Below are positions 37,469 through 45,790 of a DNA stretch of 64,000 nucleotides, piece by piece. Every line of letters begins with the position of its first letter. Position 1 is the first letter of the stretch. The DNA comes from Clostridiales bacterium (GTDB lineage Bacteria; Bacillota; Clostridia; Christensenellales; Borkfalkiaceae), in contig SVIN01000006.1 in assembly GCA_015069495.1 (NCBI GenBank), positions 10,847 through 74,846 of the forward strand. The letters are read 5' to 3'. The position numbers and the translations under genes are program-made. The notes under the pieces are model-generated. The model ran no database searches, had not been told where the DNA came from, and worked only from the letters and a program-made list of their open reading frames with translations.

Positions 37469-39035
37469 GTTAAATGAATATTTGGCGGAAATCCGTGCGT
37501 TGGATGGGTTGAAAAACGCAATTTTGCGCGGGATTCTCGTGTCAAAAAAAGAGAACGTGGCAGAGTTTTTTCTGGTGACAGACAAATCCTATACCACGCG
37601 TGAGGAAGCAGAGGCTCGGGCGATTTGTGAAAATTATCTTCCCGACGGTATTTCCGCGCGGATAAAAATCACCAAACGCGTGCCTGACCCTGAGGGGCTG
37701 AAAACCCGTATTTACGAGTATATCCAAAAGACATTCCCTGCGGCCTCCGCGTTCTTGGAAGAGGAGAATATCGAGGTGGAAATGCTGTCCAGCGGGGCGA
37801 ATTTTTACGTGGATATCGCCTCTGGCGAACAGAGCCTTTTTACGTCGGGGAAAATCTTGGACGAGGTAAGCAGGTATTTGACGAGTGTCTTCTGCGGTAG
37901 CTTTTACGGCAACGTTCGCATCGTGGAAAAAGCCGTGCCCGACGCGTCGATTTTGGAGGAAGTGCCCGAAACGGAAGAGGAAGAAATTCCGCACGTGGAA
38001 ATTCGTCGGTTTCCGATTTGCGATTATGAAAAAATCGACGGCTGTGACGAGCCGTTGAAATCGGCTGTTTACATGGCAGACTGCCAAGCGGTCGAGGGGA
38101 GTTATAACATTTGCGGTACAGTCACCTACATAGAGGAGATTGAGTATACCCGTCACAATGAAAAGACGGGCGAAGACGTGCAGAAAACGCGTTTTTCAGT
38201 GTCGTTGACGGACGGAACTTTGACCATGCGTACGACCTACTTTCCGAAAAAGGCGACAGTAGAAAAGATTCGTGATATTAAAATTGGCGATAGAATCGTG
38301 ATCAGCGGTGCGAATGAGGAATATAAAGGTTCGACCTCGTTCAAGGCATCAAAGATAAATTACGGCACGCCCCCCGATGGGTTTGAGCCTGTGGCAAGAA
38401 AGGGGAAACCCGTGCCCAAAGCCTACCACAACGTATTCCCCGAACCGTACGTGGATTATACGCAGGCGGGGTTATTTGACGATTTAAGCAAGCCTGCTGA
38501 TTTGAAAAACAACGTGTTCGTTGTATTTGACTTGGAAACAACGGGTTTGAACAACAACCCCGCGATGGGGCGTATGGATAGGATTATCGAGCTTGGCGCG
38601 GTGAAAATTATCAACGGTGAAATCGCGGAGAAGTTCTCCACCTTCGTTGCATGCAAGGAAAAGCTGTCCAATGAAATCATCAACTTGACAGGGATTCACG
38701 ATGAGGATTTGGTGGGCGCGCCCGAAGTGGAAAAGGTGCTTGCGGATTTTTACCGCTTTGCGGACGGAGCTTTTTTGGTCGGGCATAACGTGACGTTTGA
38801 CTACCGCTTCGTGCATTATTACGGGGAACAGAACGGCTACATGTTCGACCATAAAACGTATGATACGCTTGCGCTCGCGCAAGAAGTGTTGCGCGGTCAG
38901 CTTGCCAATTATAAGCTGAATACGGTGGCGGATTATTACGGATTGACGTTTAACCACCACCGCGCGTTCGATGATGCCAGCGTGACGGCGAAAGTGTTTA
39001 TCGAGTTGGTAAAAGCGAAAGGTCGGTTGGATTGA
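37458..39035 (+). CDS. PolC-like N-terminal/OB/DnaQ-type 3'-5' exonuclease protein with no PHP or polymerase domains
   Basis: Exo motifs VFDLETTGL, GHNVTFDYRF and HRAFDDA in the C-terminal third. An OB-like segment precedes them. Only 525 aa. Sits between ispG and rimP, where polC normally lies. Confidence 0.7.
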   Translation: MASKLNEYLAEIRALDGLKNAILRGILVSKKENVAEFFLVTDKSYTTREEAEARAICENYLPDGISARIKITKRVPDPEGLKTRIYEYIQKTFPAASAFLEEENIEVEMLSSGANFYVDIASGEQSLFTSGKILDEVSRYLTSVFCGSFYGNVRIVEKAVPDASILEEVPETEEEEIPHVEIRRFPICDYEKIDGCDEPLKSAVYMADCQAVEGSYNICGTVTYIEEIEYTRHNEKTGEDVQKTRFSVSLTDGTLTMRTTYFPKKATVEKIRDIKIGDRIVISGANEEYKGSTSFKASKINYGTPPDGFEPVARKGKPVPKAYHNVFPEPYVDYTQAGLFDDLSKPADLKNNVFVVFDLETTGLNNNPAMGRMDRIIELGAVKIINGEIAEKFSTFVACKEKLSNEIINLTGIHDEDLVGAPEVEKVLADFYRFADGAFLVGHNVTFDYRFVHYYGEQNGYMFDHKTYDTLALAQEVLRGQLANYKLNTVADYYGLTFNHHRAFDDASVTAKVFIELVKAKGRLD

Positions 39036-39148
39036 GTAATATGGCATTGTTCAAGCGAAGTGGCAACCCGACATTGTGTTGTGGTTAAATGATGGGCGTG
39101 GTTGATGAGATATTCCGCGACTTTTTTTAGAAAACCTATAAAAAATGC

Positions 39149-39177
39149 TTGCCTAATCGTTATAACTATGTTATAAT
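39149..39177 (+). promoter_or_regulatory. sigma-70-type promoter of the rimP-nusA-infB operon
   Basis: TTGCCT (39149-39154), 17-nt spacer, TATAAT (39172-39177). Confidence 0.55.
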
Positions 39178-39203
39178 AAGAACACTTAATAATGCTTTTT
39201 GTT

Positions 39204-39233
39204 ATTGAGAGTGGTCTGACGGCCACTCTCAAT
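39204..39233 (+). promoter_or_regulatory. leader hairpin upstream of rimP
   Basis: ATTGAGAGTGG-TCTGACGG-CCACTCTCAAT perfect 11-bp stem with no U tract, lying between the promoter and the rimP SD. Confidence 0.5.
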
Positions 39234-39256
39234 CTTCATGTATAGGGAGAAAAAAC

Positions 39257-39733
39257 ATGAAAATTAAACCCATCGAAGAAATTCAAGGCGCTCTGCAACC
39301 CATTGCGGACGAAATGTCTATCGAAATCGTGGAAATCGAATTTAAGCAGGGCAAGGAACCCGCTTTGACCGTCTATATCGACATTGACGGCGGGGTGGAT
39401 TTGGATACTTGTGAAAAATTCCACCGCGCAATCGACCCTGTTTTGGACGAGGTTGACCCCACGTTTGGCGCGCCTTACACCCTCAACGTGTCCAGCCCTG
39501 GTTTGGACAGACCTTTGAAGACCGACCGCGACTATGAAAAATGCATCGGTTTGAAGGTGGAAGTGAAGCTCTTCGCACCCATGCAGGGGAAAAAGTTTTT
39601 CGAAGCGACCTTGAAAGGCTATGATGAAAATTGCGTTTACCTCGAAGACAAAAACGGGGAAATGAAGCTTGAAAAAAGCAAAATTGCAAAGATTTGCCGT
39701 GCGATTGACTTCGCGGCTTTGGGACTTGCATAA
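39257..39733 (+). CDS. rimP: ribosome maturation factor RimP
   Basis: 158 aa. LNVSSPGLDRPLK signature. Precedes nusA. Confidence 0.92.
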   Translation: MKIKPIEEIQGALQPIADEMSIEIVEIEFKQGKEPALTVYIDIDGGVDLDTCEKFHRAIDPVLDEVDPTFGAPYTLNVSSPGLDRPLKTDRDYEKCIGLKVEVKLFAPMQGKKFFEATLKGYDENCVYLEDKNGEMKLEKSKIAKICRAIDFAALGLA

Positions 39734-39820
39734 GTCCGCTTTACAACCTATCGGCACGAATATCCAACCTCGGTTGGAAGACGAAATATTTTACGAAAAT
39801 TCAATAGGAGATTGAAAACA

Positions 39821-40912
39821 ATGGAAAACAAAGAGTTTTTTGCGGCGCTTACCGACTTGGTAAAAGAAAAAGGCATCAGCGAAGAAGCGTTCATCGCAAC
39901 GCTTGAAAACGCACTTGCGTCCGCGTACAAAAAACAATTCGACGGCGGTGCGGAAGTATCTGTTTCGTTGAATGCGGAAAAGGGTACCATCGAATTTAAG
40001 GCAACCCGCTACGTCGTAGAAGAAGTAGAGGATAAGGACAAGGAAATTTCCTTGGAAGACGCGCAGGAGTTGGACCCCGCTTACCAAGTGGGCGACACCA
40101 TCGTCAAGACCTTTATCCCTAAAAATTTCGGCCGCATCGCGGCGCAGACTGCAAAGCAGGTTATCTTGCAGAAATTGCACGAAGCGGAACGCGACAACAC
40201 TTTCTCCGAATTTTCGGATAAAGAAGGCGAGTTGATGGAAGGTATCATCCGTAAAATCGACGAAAAAAATATCTACGTGGAACTCGGCGATAAGAAAATC
40301 GAAGGCGTTATGCCTCCTCAAGATCGCATTCCTACCGAAAAATATGCAATCGGCGATAAATTGAAGGTGTTTGTAAAACGCGTTAAGAACAACGGTAAAA
40401 ATTCTCAAATCGTCGTATCTCGTACCGCGCAGGGCTTAGTGAAGAAACTCTTCGAAGAACAAGTTCCCGAAATCGGTCAAGGTATCGTAGAAATCAAAGA
40501 AATCGCGCGTGAACCTGGTCACAGAACGAAGATGGCGATTCTTTCCACGGATGCACGTGTGGACGCGGTTGGTGCTTGCGTTGGTAACCGCGGGGCAAGA
40601 GTAAACGCCGTTGTGGAAGAACTCGGCGGTGAAAAGATTGACATTATCTTGTGGAATGAAGATCCTTTGGCGTTCATTTACAAAGCGCTTTCCCCTGCAA
40701 CCGTTTTGTCGGTTACCGCAAAGGGTGAAAAGAGCGCAATGGCAATCGTACCCGATGATAAACTTTCCTTGGCAATCGGCAGAGACGGTCAAAACGCACG
40801 TTTGGCGGCTCGTTTGACGGGTTGGAAGATTGACGTAAAGAGTGCTTCTTCCCCCGAAGCTGCGGAAATTCTTGCGCAAATCGACAGCGAAGAAGAAACG
40901 GTTGAGGAATAA
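39821..40912 (+). CDS. nusA: transcription termination/antitermination factor NusA
   Basis: S1 and KH regions (GHRTKMAI, GACVGNRGARV, AIGRDGQNARLAARLTGWKIDV). Confidence 0.96.
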   Translation: MENKEFFAALTDLVKEKGISEEAFIATLENALASAYKKQFDGGAEVSVSLNAEKGTIEFKATRYVVEEVEDKDKEISLEDAQELDPAYQVGDTIVKTFIPKNFGRIAAQTAKQVILQKLHEAERDNTFSEFSDKEGELMEGIIRKIDEKNIYVELGDKKIEGVMPPQDRIPTEKYAIGDKLKVFVKRVKNNGKNSQIVVSRTAQGLVKKLFEEQVPEIGQGIVEIKEIAREPGHRTKMAILSTDARVDAVGACVGNRGARVNAVVEELGGEKIDIILWNEDPLAFIYKALSPATVLSVTAKGEKSAMAIVPDDKLSLAIGRDGQNARLAARLTGWKIDVKSASSPEAAEILAQIDSEEETVEE

Positions 40913-40930
40913 TCGCGCGGGAGGTGCGTT

Positions 40931-41203
40931 ATGCCTAAAAAGAAAAATATCCCTATGCGCATGTGTATTGCCTGCCGTGAAATGAAACCCAAGGCGGAAA
41001 TGACGCGCGTGGTGAAAAACGCGGAGGGTGAAATTTCTCCCGACCCGACGGGCAAAGCGCCTGGTCGCGGCGCGTATATTTGCTCCAATGAAGAATGTCT
41101 GAAAAAACTGACGGGAAAAAGGTTGCTCAACAAAGCCTTTTCCGCCAACGTTTCCCTTGAGGTGTACCGCGGGGTTGAGGAGGATGCTCTTGGAGAAAAG
41201 TAA
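40931..41203 (+). CDS. ylxR: YlxR/RnpM family protein (DUF448)
   Basis: PMRMCIACRE...GRGAYIC signature. Confidence 0.9.
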   Translation: MPKKKNIPMRMCIACREMKPKAEMTRVVKNAEGEISPDPTGKAPGRGAYICSNEECLKKLTGKRLLNKAFSANVSLEVYRGVEEDALGEK

Positions 41204-41522
41204 AATCGAAACCTATCTCGGCTTTTGCATTCGTTCTCGTCAAATCATCTTTGGCGCGGAAACGATTGAAAAGCAAAAGAAAGGGGTTTTCCTGCTCGTC
41301 ATTGACGGTGCGATTGGGAAAAACTCGTTAAAACCTATCTTGCGTGCGCAGGAAAAACTCGGCTGTCCATTATATATAACGGACGCGGGCGCGCTTGCGG
41401 AATGGGTACACCGCCCTGCGGTAAGAGCAGCGGCAATCACGGACAACAACCTTGCTTCGGCGATGATAAAATCCGCCGATAGCGAGCCGAAATTCAAATT
41501 ATATTCAGGAGGGAACAACTGA
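41184..41522 (+). CDS. ylxQ: L7Ae-family RNA-binding protein YlxQ
   Basis: Its position between ylxR and infB. LGFCIRSRQIIFG pattern. Start chosen at the internal Met. Confidence 0.75.
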   Translation: MLLEKSKIETYLGFCIRSRQIIFGAETIEKQKKGVFLLVIDGAIGKNSLKPILRAQEKLGCPLYITDAGALAEWVHRPAVRAAAITDNNLASAMIKSADSEPKFKLYSGGNN

Positions 41523-41526
41523 ACCT

Positions 41527-44220
41527 ATGGCAAAAAAATATGAAAACGTGGAGAAAATCACCTCACTTTTGGATGATAAACAGCTTGGCGGTTTGCAAAA
41601 GCGTCTTTTATCCACGGAAAAAAGCCTTTCCGGCATCCTGAAAAAATTGGCGGATTTAGAGCTTGAAAAACAAGAACGCGAGGCGGCGGAAGCGGCTCGT
41701 ATCGCAGCGGAAGAAGCGGCACGCATCGCGGCTGAAGAAAAGGCAAAAGCGGAAGCGGCGGCAAAGGCAGCTGCAGAAGCGGAAAAGCCCAAGAAGAAAA
41801 CAACGAAAAAGAAAGAAGAAGCGGTAGAAACGCCCGCGGAAGCACCCGCGGCGGCAGAATCTGCCCCCGCAGAGGAAACGCCTGCAGTGGAATCGCCCGC
41901 ACCTCAGCCTGAAGCAAAACCTGAGGTGAAAGCGGAGGTAAAACCTGAGGCGAAACCCGTACAAGAAAAGAAAGCGGAAACAAAGCCCGAAGCACGTACG
42001 TTCGTACCTAAAACCGAAACTCGTACGGCGCCTGCTGCACCTCGCGCGCCTAGATATTTCCGCAACGGTCAAGAACAAGGCGTATACGTGGCAAAGCCCG
42101 GCGTAGAAAATAATACGTCCGCGCCTTCGACATTCCGTCCTCGTCCCGCAGGAGACAGACCGCAAAGACCTGCAGGCGACAGACCTTTCAACGGTCCTCG
42201 TCCCGCAGGAGACAGACCGCAAAGACCCGCGCCCAGCGCACCCGTTGCTGCGCCGATTGCGGCTCCTTCGAGAGATAGCAAAAACTTCTCCGCACCCGCG
42301 AAGAAGAAGACTTTTGAAAAGACTTACAGCGAAAAGAAACCCATGTCCAAGCGTTCGCTGATTAAACAGCAAGGTATGACGGTGGAAGATTTCGACGAAG
42401 ATAAGTCGGGATACAGAAAAGTTCGCTCGCCTAAAAAGCAAAAGCAACAAGAAATCCCCACCATCAAGATTGAACACGCAGTGGTTACTACGCAGGACAT
42501 TCCTTTGAAGGTCCTTTCCGAAAAGCTTGGCGTATCCGCAGTAGAAATCACCAAACGCCTTTTCAAAGAAGGTATCATGAAAGGTATCAACGATTCCATC
42601 GATTATGAAAACGCGTTGATGATTGCGATGGATTTGGGTATTGACCTTGAATACAAACCCGAAAAGACAGCAGAAGAAGTATTGATGGACAACGTAGCGG
42701 TAGAAGACGAAAGCAAGTTGATTACCCGCGCGCCCGTCGTTACCGTTATGGGTCACGTTGACCACGGTAAAACTTCCTTGCTTGACAAAATCCGTTCCAC
42801 CGCCGTTACGGCAGGGGAAGCGGGAGGTATTACGCAGAGCATCGGTGCTTATACGGTTACGGCGAAGGGTAAACAAATCACCTTCATTGATACCCCTGGT
42901 CACGCGGCGTTCACGGCAATGCGTGCGCGCGGTGCGTCCATTACGGACATCGTAATCCTTGTGGTTGCGGCGGACGACGGTATCATGCCTCAGACGGTAG
43001 AAGCCATCAACCACGCAAAAGCGGCAGACGTTCCTATCATCGTTGCGATGAATAAGATGGATAAATACGAAGTCAACCCCGACAGAGTAAAACAAGAATT
43101 GATGAAATACGAACTCGTTCCCGAAGAATGGGGCGGGGACACGATGTTGATTCCTATTTCCGCGAAGACGGGTATGGGTATTGACGAGTTGTTGGAATCG
43201 ATTAACTTGGTTGCAGAAATGCAAGAACTCAAGGCGAACCCCGACCGTCAAGCGAAAGGTACAATCATCGAAGCGAAACTTGACAAGGGTAAAGGTCCTG
43301 TGGCAAGCATTATCGTTCAAACGGGTACTTTGAAGACGGGCGATAACATTTTGTCGGGTACGACGATGGGTCGTGTTCGTGCAATGTTCGACGACAAGGG
43401 CAGACCTGTAAAATCCGCAGGTCCTTCCATGGCAGTATCCATTTTGGGCTTGGAAGACGTTCCCAACGCAGGCGACAGCATCATGGCGGTAGATCAAGCG
43501 CTCATGAAGCAGGTTCAGGAAGAAAGAAAGAACCGTCAGCGTGAAGAAATGATTAAACAGCAAAGCCGCGTTACCCTCGACGACGTATTCGCACAAGTGG
43601 AAGAAGGTAAAATCAAGAACCTCAACCTCATTGTTAAGGGCGACGTACAAGGCAGCGTAGAAGCAGTGAAACAATCGTTGGAAAAGATTTCCAACGAAGA
43701 AGTACGCGTAAAAGTTATCCACGCGGCGGCGGGTGCAATCAACGAAGGCGACGTTATGTTGGCGGACAGTGCAAACGCAATCATCATCGGCTTCAACGTT
43801 CGTCCCGATACCAAGGCGAAGAAACTTGCCGAACAGTCCAAGGTAGACGTACGCAGTTACCGTATCATTTACGAATTGCTTGACGATATGGAAGCGGCTC
43901 TTAAGGGTATGCTTGCACCCAAGCTTAAAGAAGTTCTTACGGGTAAATGCGAAGTTCGTCAGACGTTCAATATTACGGGCGTTGGTACAATTGCAGGTTG
44001 CTACGTTACGGATGGTAAAATTGTTCGCGGCGGTAAGTTGCGTATTTACCGTGAAGATATCATGATTTGCGAAGGCGGCGTGAAGCAGTTGAAACGTTTC
44101 AAGGATGACGTGAAAGAAGTTAACTACGGATACGAATGCGGTTGTGCTATTGAAGGCTTTAATGAAATCCGCGTAGGCGATATCATCGAATGTTATATCA
44201 CGGAGGAATTGAAGGCGTAA
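41527..44220 (+). CDS. infB: translation initiation factor IF-2
   Basis: 897 aa. GHVDHGKTSLLD, DTPGH and NKMD GTPase motifs. Low-complexity Ala/Glu/Pro-rich N-terminus. Confidence 0.97.
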   Translation: MAKKYENVEKITSLLDDKQLGGLQKRLLSTEKSLSGILKKLADLELEKQEREAAEAARIAAEEAARIAAEEKAKAEAAAKAAAEAEKPKKKTTKKKEEAVETPAEAPAAAESAPAEETPAVESPAPQPEAKPEVKAEVKPEAKPVQEKKAETKPEARTFVPKTETRTAPAAPRAPRYFRNGQEQGVYVAKPGVENNTSAPSTFRPRPAGDRPQRPAGDRPFNGPRPAGDRPQRPAPSAPVAAPIAAPSRDSKNFSAPAKKKTFEKTYSEKKPMSKRSLIKQQGMTVEDFDEDKSGYRKVRSPKKQKQQEIPTIKIEHAVVTTQDIPLKVLSEKLGVSAVEITKRLFKEGIMKGINDSIDYENALMIAMDLGIDLEYKPEKTAEEVLMDNVAVEDESKLITRAPVVTVMGHVDHGKTSLLDKIRSTAVTAGEAGGITQSIGAYTVTAKGKQITFIDTPGHAAFTAMRARGASITDIVILVVAADDGIMPQTVEAINHAKAADVPIIVAMNKMDKYEVNPDRVKQELMKYELVPEEWGGDTMLIPISAKTGMGIDELLESINLVAEMQELKANPDRQAKGTIIEAKLDKGKGPVASIIVQTGTLKTGDNILSGTTMGRVRAMFDDKGRPVKSAGPSMAVSILGLEDVPNAGDSIMAVDQALMKQVQEERKNRQREEMIKQQSRVTLDDVFAQVEEGKIKNLNLIVKGDVQGSVEAVKQSLEKISNEEVRVKVIHAAAGAINEGDVMLADSANAIIIGFNVRPDTKAKKLAEQSKVDVRSYRIIYELLDDMEAALKGMLAPKLKEVLTGKCEVRQTFNITGVGTIAGCYVTDGKIVRGGKLRIYREDIMICEGGVKQLKRFKDDVKEVNYGYECGCAIEGFNEIRVGDIIECYITEELKA
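42137..42227 (+). repeat. perfect 34-nt direct repeat (two copies, 57-nt period) inside infB
   Basis: GTCCTCGTCCCGCAGGAGACAGACCGCAAAGACC at 42137-42170 and 42194-42227, with a degenerate AGDRP unit between them. Encodes RPRPAGDRPQRP twice. Confidence 0.9.
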
Positions 44221-44597
44221 TGAAAGTGTCGAGAACTTCCCGTTTGAACGGTGAATATCAAAAAGAAATCAGCGAAATCATTCGTCTGCAAAAGGACAGA
44301 ATGCCCGATTTGAAAGGCTTGGTATCCATCACGGAAGTGGACGTCGCGCCCGATTTAAAGACGGCAATCGTTTACGTCAGCATTTACGGATCGGGTGAAG
44401 AGGAAAGCAAGCGTTCGTTGTCGGTTTTGCAATCGAACGCAGGGTTTATCCGTCACCAATTGTCGCAGGTAATGCGTATGCGAACGGTACCTTCCTTGAC
44501 CTTCCGTTTGGATGGCAGTATGGTATACGGTGCAAAGATGGACGAATTGTTTAAGAAAATTACCTATTCCACCCCTGAAACAACGGACGAGGAATAA
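44220..44597 (+). CDS. rbfA: ribosome-binding factor A
   Basis: MKVSRTSRLNGEYQKEISEII N-terminus and MRTVPSLTF motif. Start overlaps the infB stop. Confidence 0.92.
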   Translation: MKVSRTSRLNGEYQKEISEIIRLQKDRMPDLKGLVSITEVDVAPDLKTAIVYVSIYGSGEEESKRSLSVLQSNAGFIRHQLSQVMRMRTVPSLTFRLDGSMVYGAKMDELFKKITYSTPETTDEE

Positions 44598-44617
44598 GTA
44601 CATTTTAACGGTAAAAA

Positions 44618-44650
44618 TCTCTCCCTCGTTTGAGGGAGGGATGGTTTTTT
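44618..44650 (+). terminator. rho-independent terminator after rbfA
   Basis: CTCCCTC-GTTTG-AGGGAGG hairpin followed by GATGGTTTTTT. Confidence 0.7.
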
Positions 44651-44661
44651 AAGGGGAAACT

Positions 44662-45630
44662 ATGCAACATACTTTACAACAAATTGCAGATAGAATCAAG
44701 CAGGCAAACAGTGTGTTAATTGTGACGCATATGCGTCCTGACGGGGATGCCATTGGCGGTGCGTTGGCGCTTTCGCGCGCGCTGGATTTTCTCAAAATAC
44801 TCAACCAGGTATGCGTTGAATCGGATATTCCGTCCAATTTGACGTTTTTGGAAGGCGTCGAAAAAGTACAAAAGAAACCGCAAGACGAATTTGATTTATT
44901 GGTGACGGTGGATTGCAGTGATGAACAGCGTTTGGGCGGGTTATCCGAAACGTTTTTTATCGCAAAACGCAAGAAAATTGATACGATAAATATAGATCAT
45001 CACGTGTCGAATAAGCTGTTTGCAAAGTATAATTACATGCATCCTTGCTCGGCAAATTGTATGCATATTTGTGGACTCATCGAATACATGGGTGCCCCGA
45101 TTGATAAAAAAACAGCGGAGTATCTTTTGGTTGGGCTGTTGACCGATTCGGGAAATTTCAGTCACGATGACGTGACGGAAGAAACGATGGTTTTGGCGGG
45201 TAAGCTGATCAAAGCGGGTGCGGATATCTGCTACTGTAACGAAATGCTGTTCAAACGCCAAACCAAGGCGCGTGCGATGCTGTATGCACGTACGATGACG
45301 GGGATGCGTTTTTACCACGATAACCGTTTTGCGGTGATTGTTGTGACGAAGAAGAATATGGACGATTGCGGGGCGGATGCAAGTATGACGGAAGGGTTCG
45401 TTGATTTTCCTTTGAACGTGGATACGGTGGAAATTGCCGCGTCCGTGTTGGAAGTGAAAAGGGGGCAATATAAAATTTCCCTGCGTTCGAAACATTACGC
45501 GGATATGAACCGCTTGGCGGGCGTTTATGGCGGCGGCGGGCACGTGCGCGCGGCGGGCTGTATGCTGTTTGGTGAGATGGAGGAAGTGCTGGATAAGATC
45601 TCCTTTACCGCATCGCAATATTTAGATTAA
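44662..45630 (+). CDS. nrnA: DHH/DHHA1 phosphoesterase (NrnA-like)
   Basis: HMRPDGDAIG, NIDHH and GGGGHVRAAG motifs. Confidence 0.85.
   Translation: MQHTLQQIADRIKQANSVLIVTHMRPDGDAIGGALALSRALDFLKILNQVCVESDIPSNLTFLEGVEKVQKKPQDEFDLLVTVDCSDEQRLGGLSETFFIAKRKKIDTINIDHHVSNKLFAKYNYMHPCSANCMHICGLIEYMGAPIDKKTAEYLLVGLLTDSGNFSHDDVTEETMVLAGKLIKAGADICYCNEMLFKRQTKARAMLYARTMTGMRFYHDNRFAVIVVTKKNMDDCGADASMTEGFVDFPLNVDTVEIAASVLEVKRGQYKISLRSKHYADMNRLAGVYGGGGHVRAAGCMLFGEMEEVLDKISFTASQYLD
44805..44820 (+). repeat. dispersed motif copy inside nrnA
   Basis: CCAGGTATGCGTTGAA, read as QVCVE. Confidence 0.6.
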
Positions 45631-45666
45631 AAAAAATCGCATGAGCTGCTCATGCGATTTTTTTTG
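45630..45666 (+). terminator. strong rho-independent terminator after nrnA
   Basis: AATCGCATGAG / CTCATGCGATT stem flanked by an A run and a T run. Confidence 0.9.
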
Positions 45667-45710
45667 TGTAAAAAACTTCATTTTTCCAACAAGAAAATTT
45701 CAGATAAGGG

Positions 45711-45739
45711 TTGATTTTTTCACAAATAGCGTGTATAAT
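45711..45739 (+). promoter_or_regulatory. sigma-70-type promoter of the giant helicase gene
   Basis: TTGATT (45711-45716), 17-nt spacer, TATAAT (45734-45739). Confidence 0.55.
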
Positions 45740-45757
45740 AGAAAAGAATAAAATAGG

Positions 45758-45778
45758 GATACCATTTATAATGGTATC
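45758..45778 (+). promoter_or_regulatory. 21-nt palindrome between the promoter and the SD of the giant helicase gene
   Basis: GATACCATT-TAT-AATGGTATC with 9-bp perfect arms. Ends 4 nt before GGGAG, 13 nt before ATG 45791. Confidence 0.6.
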
Positions 45779-45790
45779 TGGGAGAAAATT

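Noticed and set aside
41650-42300. Repetitive GC-rich segment considered as a possible CRISPR-like or tandem-repeat array.
   Set aside because: The repeats are in frame within the infB N-terminal low-complexity region. There is no repeat-spacer periodicity and no cas genes.
41656-43722. 688-aa ORF on the minus strand opposite infB. Similar long antisense ORFs occur at 282-1076, 49544-50737, 11588-12310 and 37542-38156.
   Set aside because: They lie entirely antisense to well-supported conserved genes. Their composition is Arg/Cys/Phe-rich and low-complexity, as expected of frame shadows. They have no SD or recognisable motifs.
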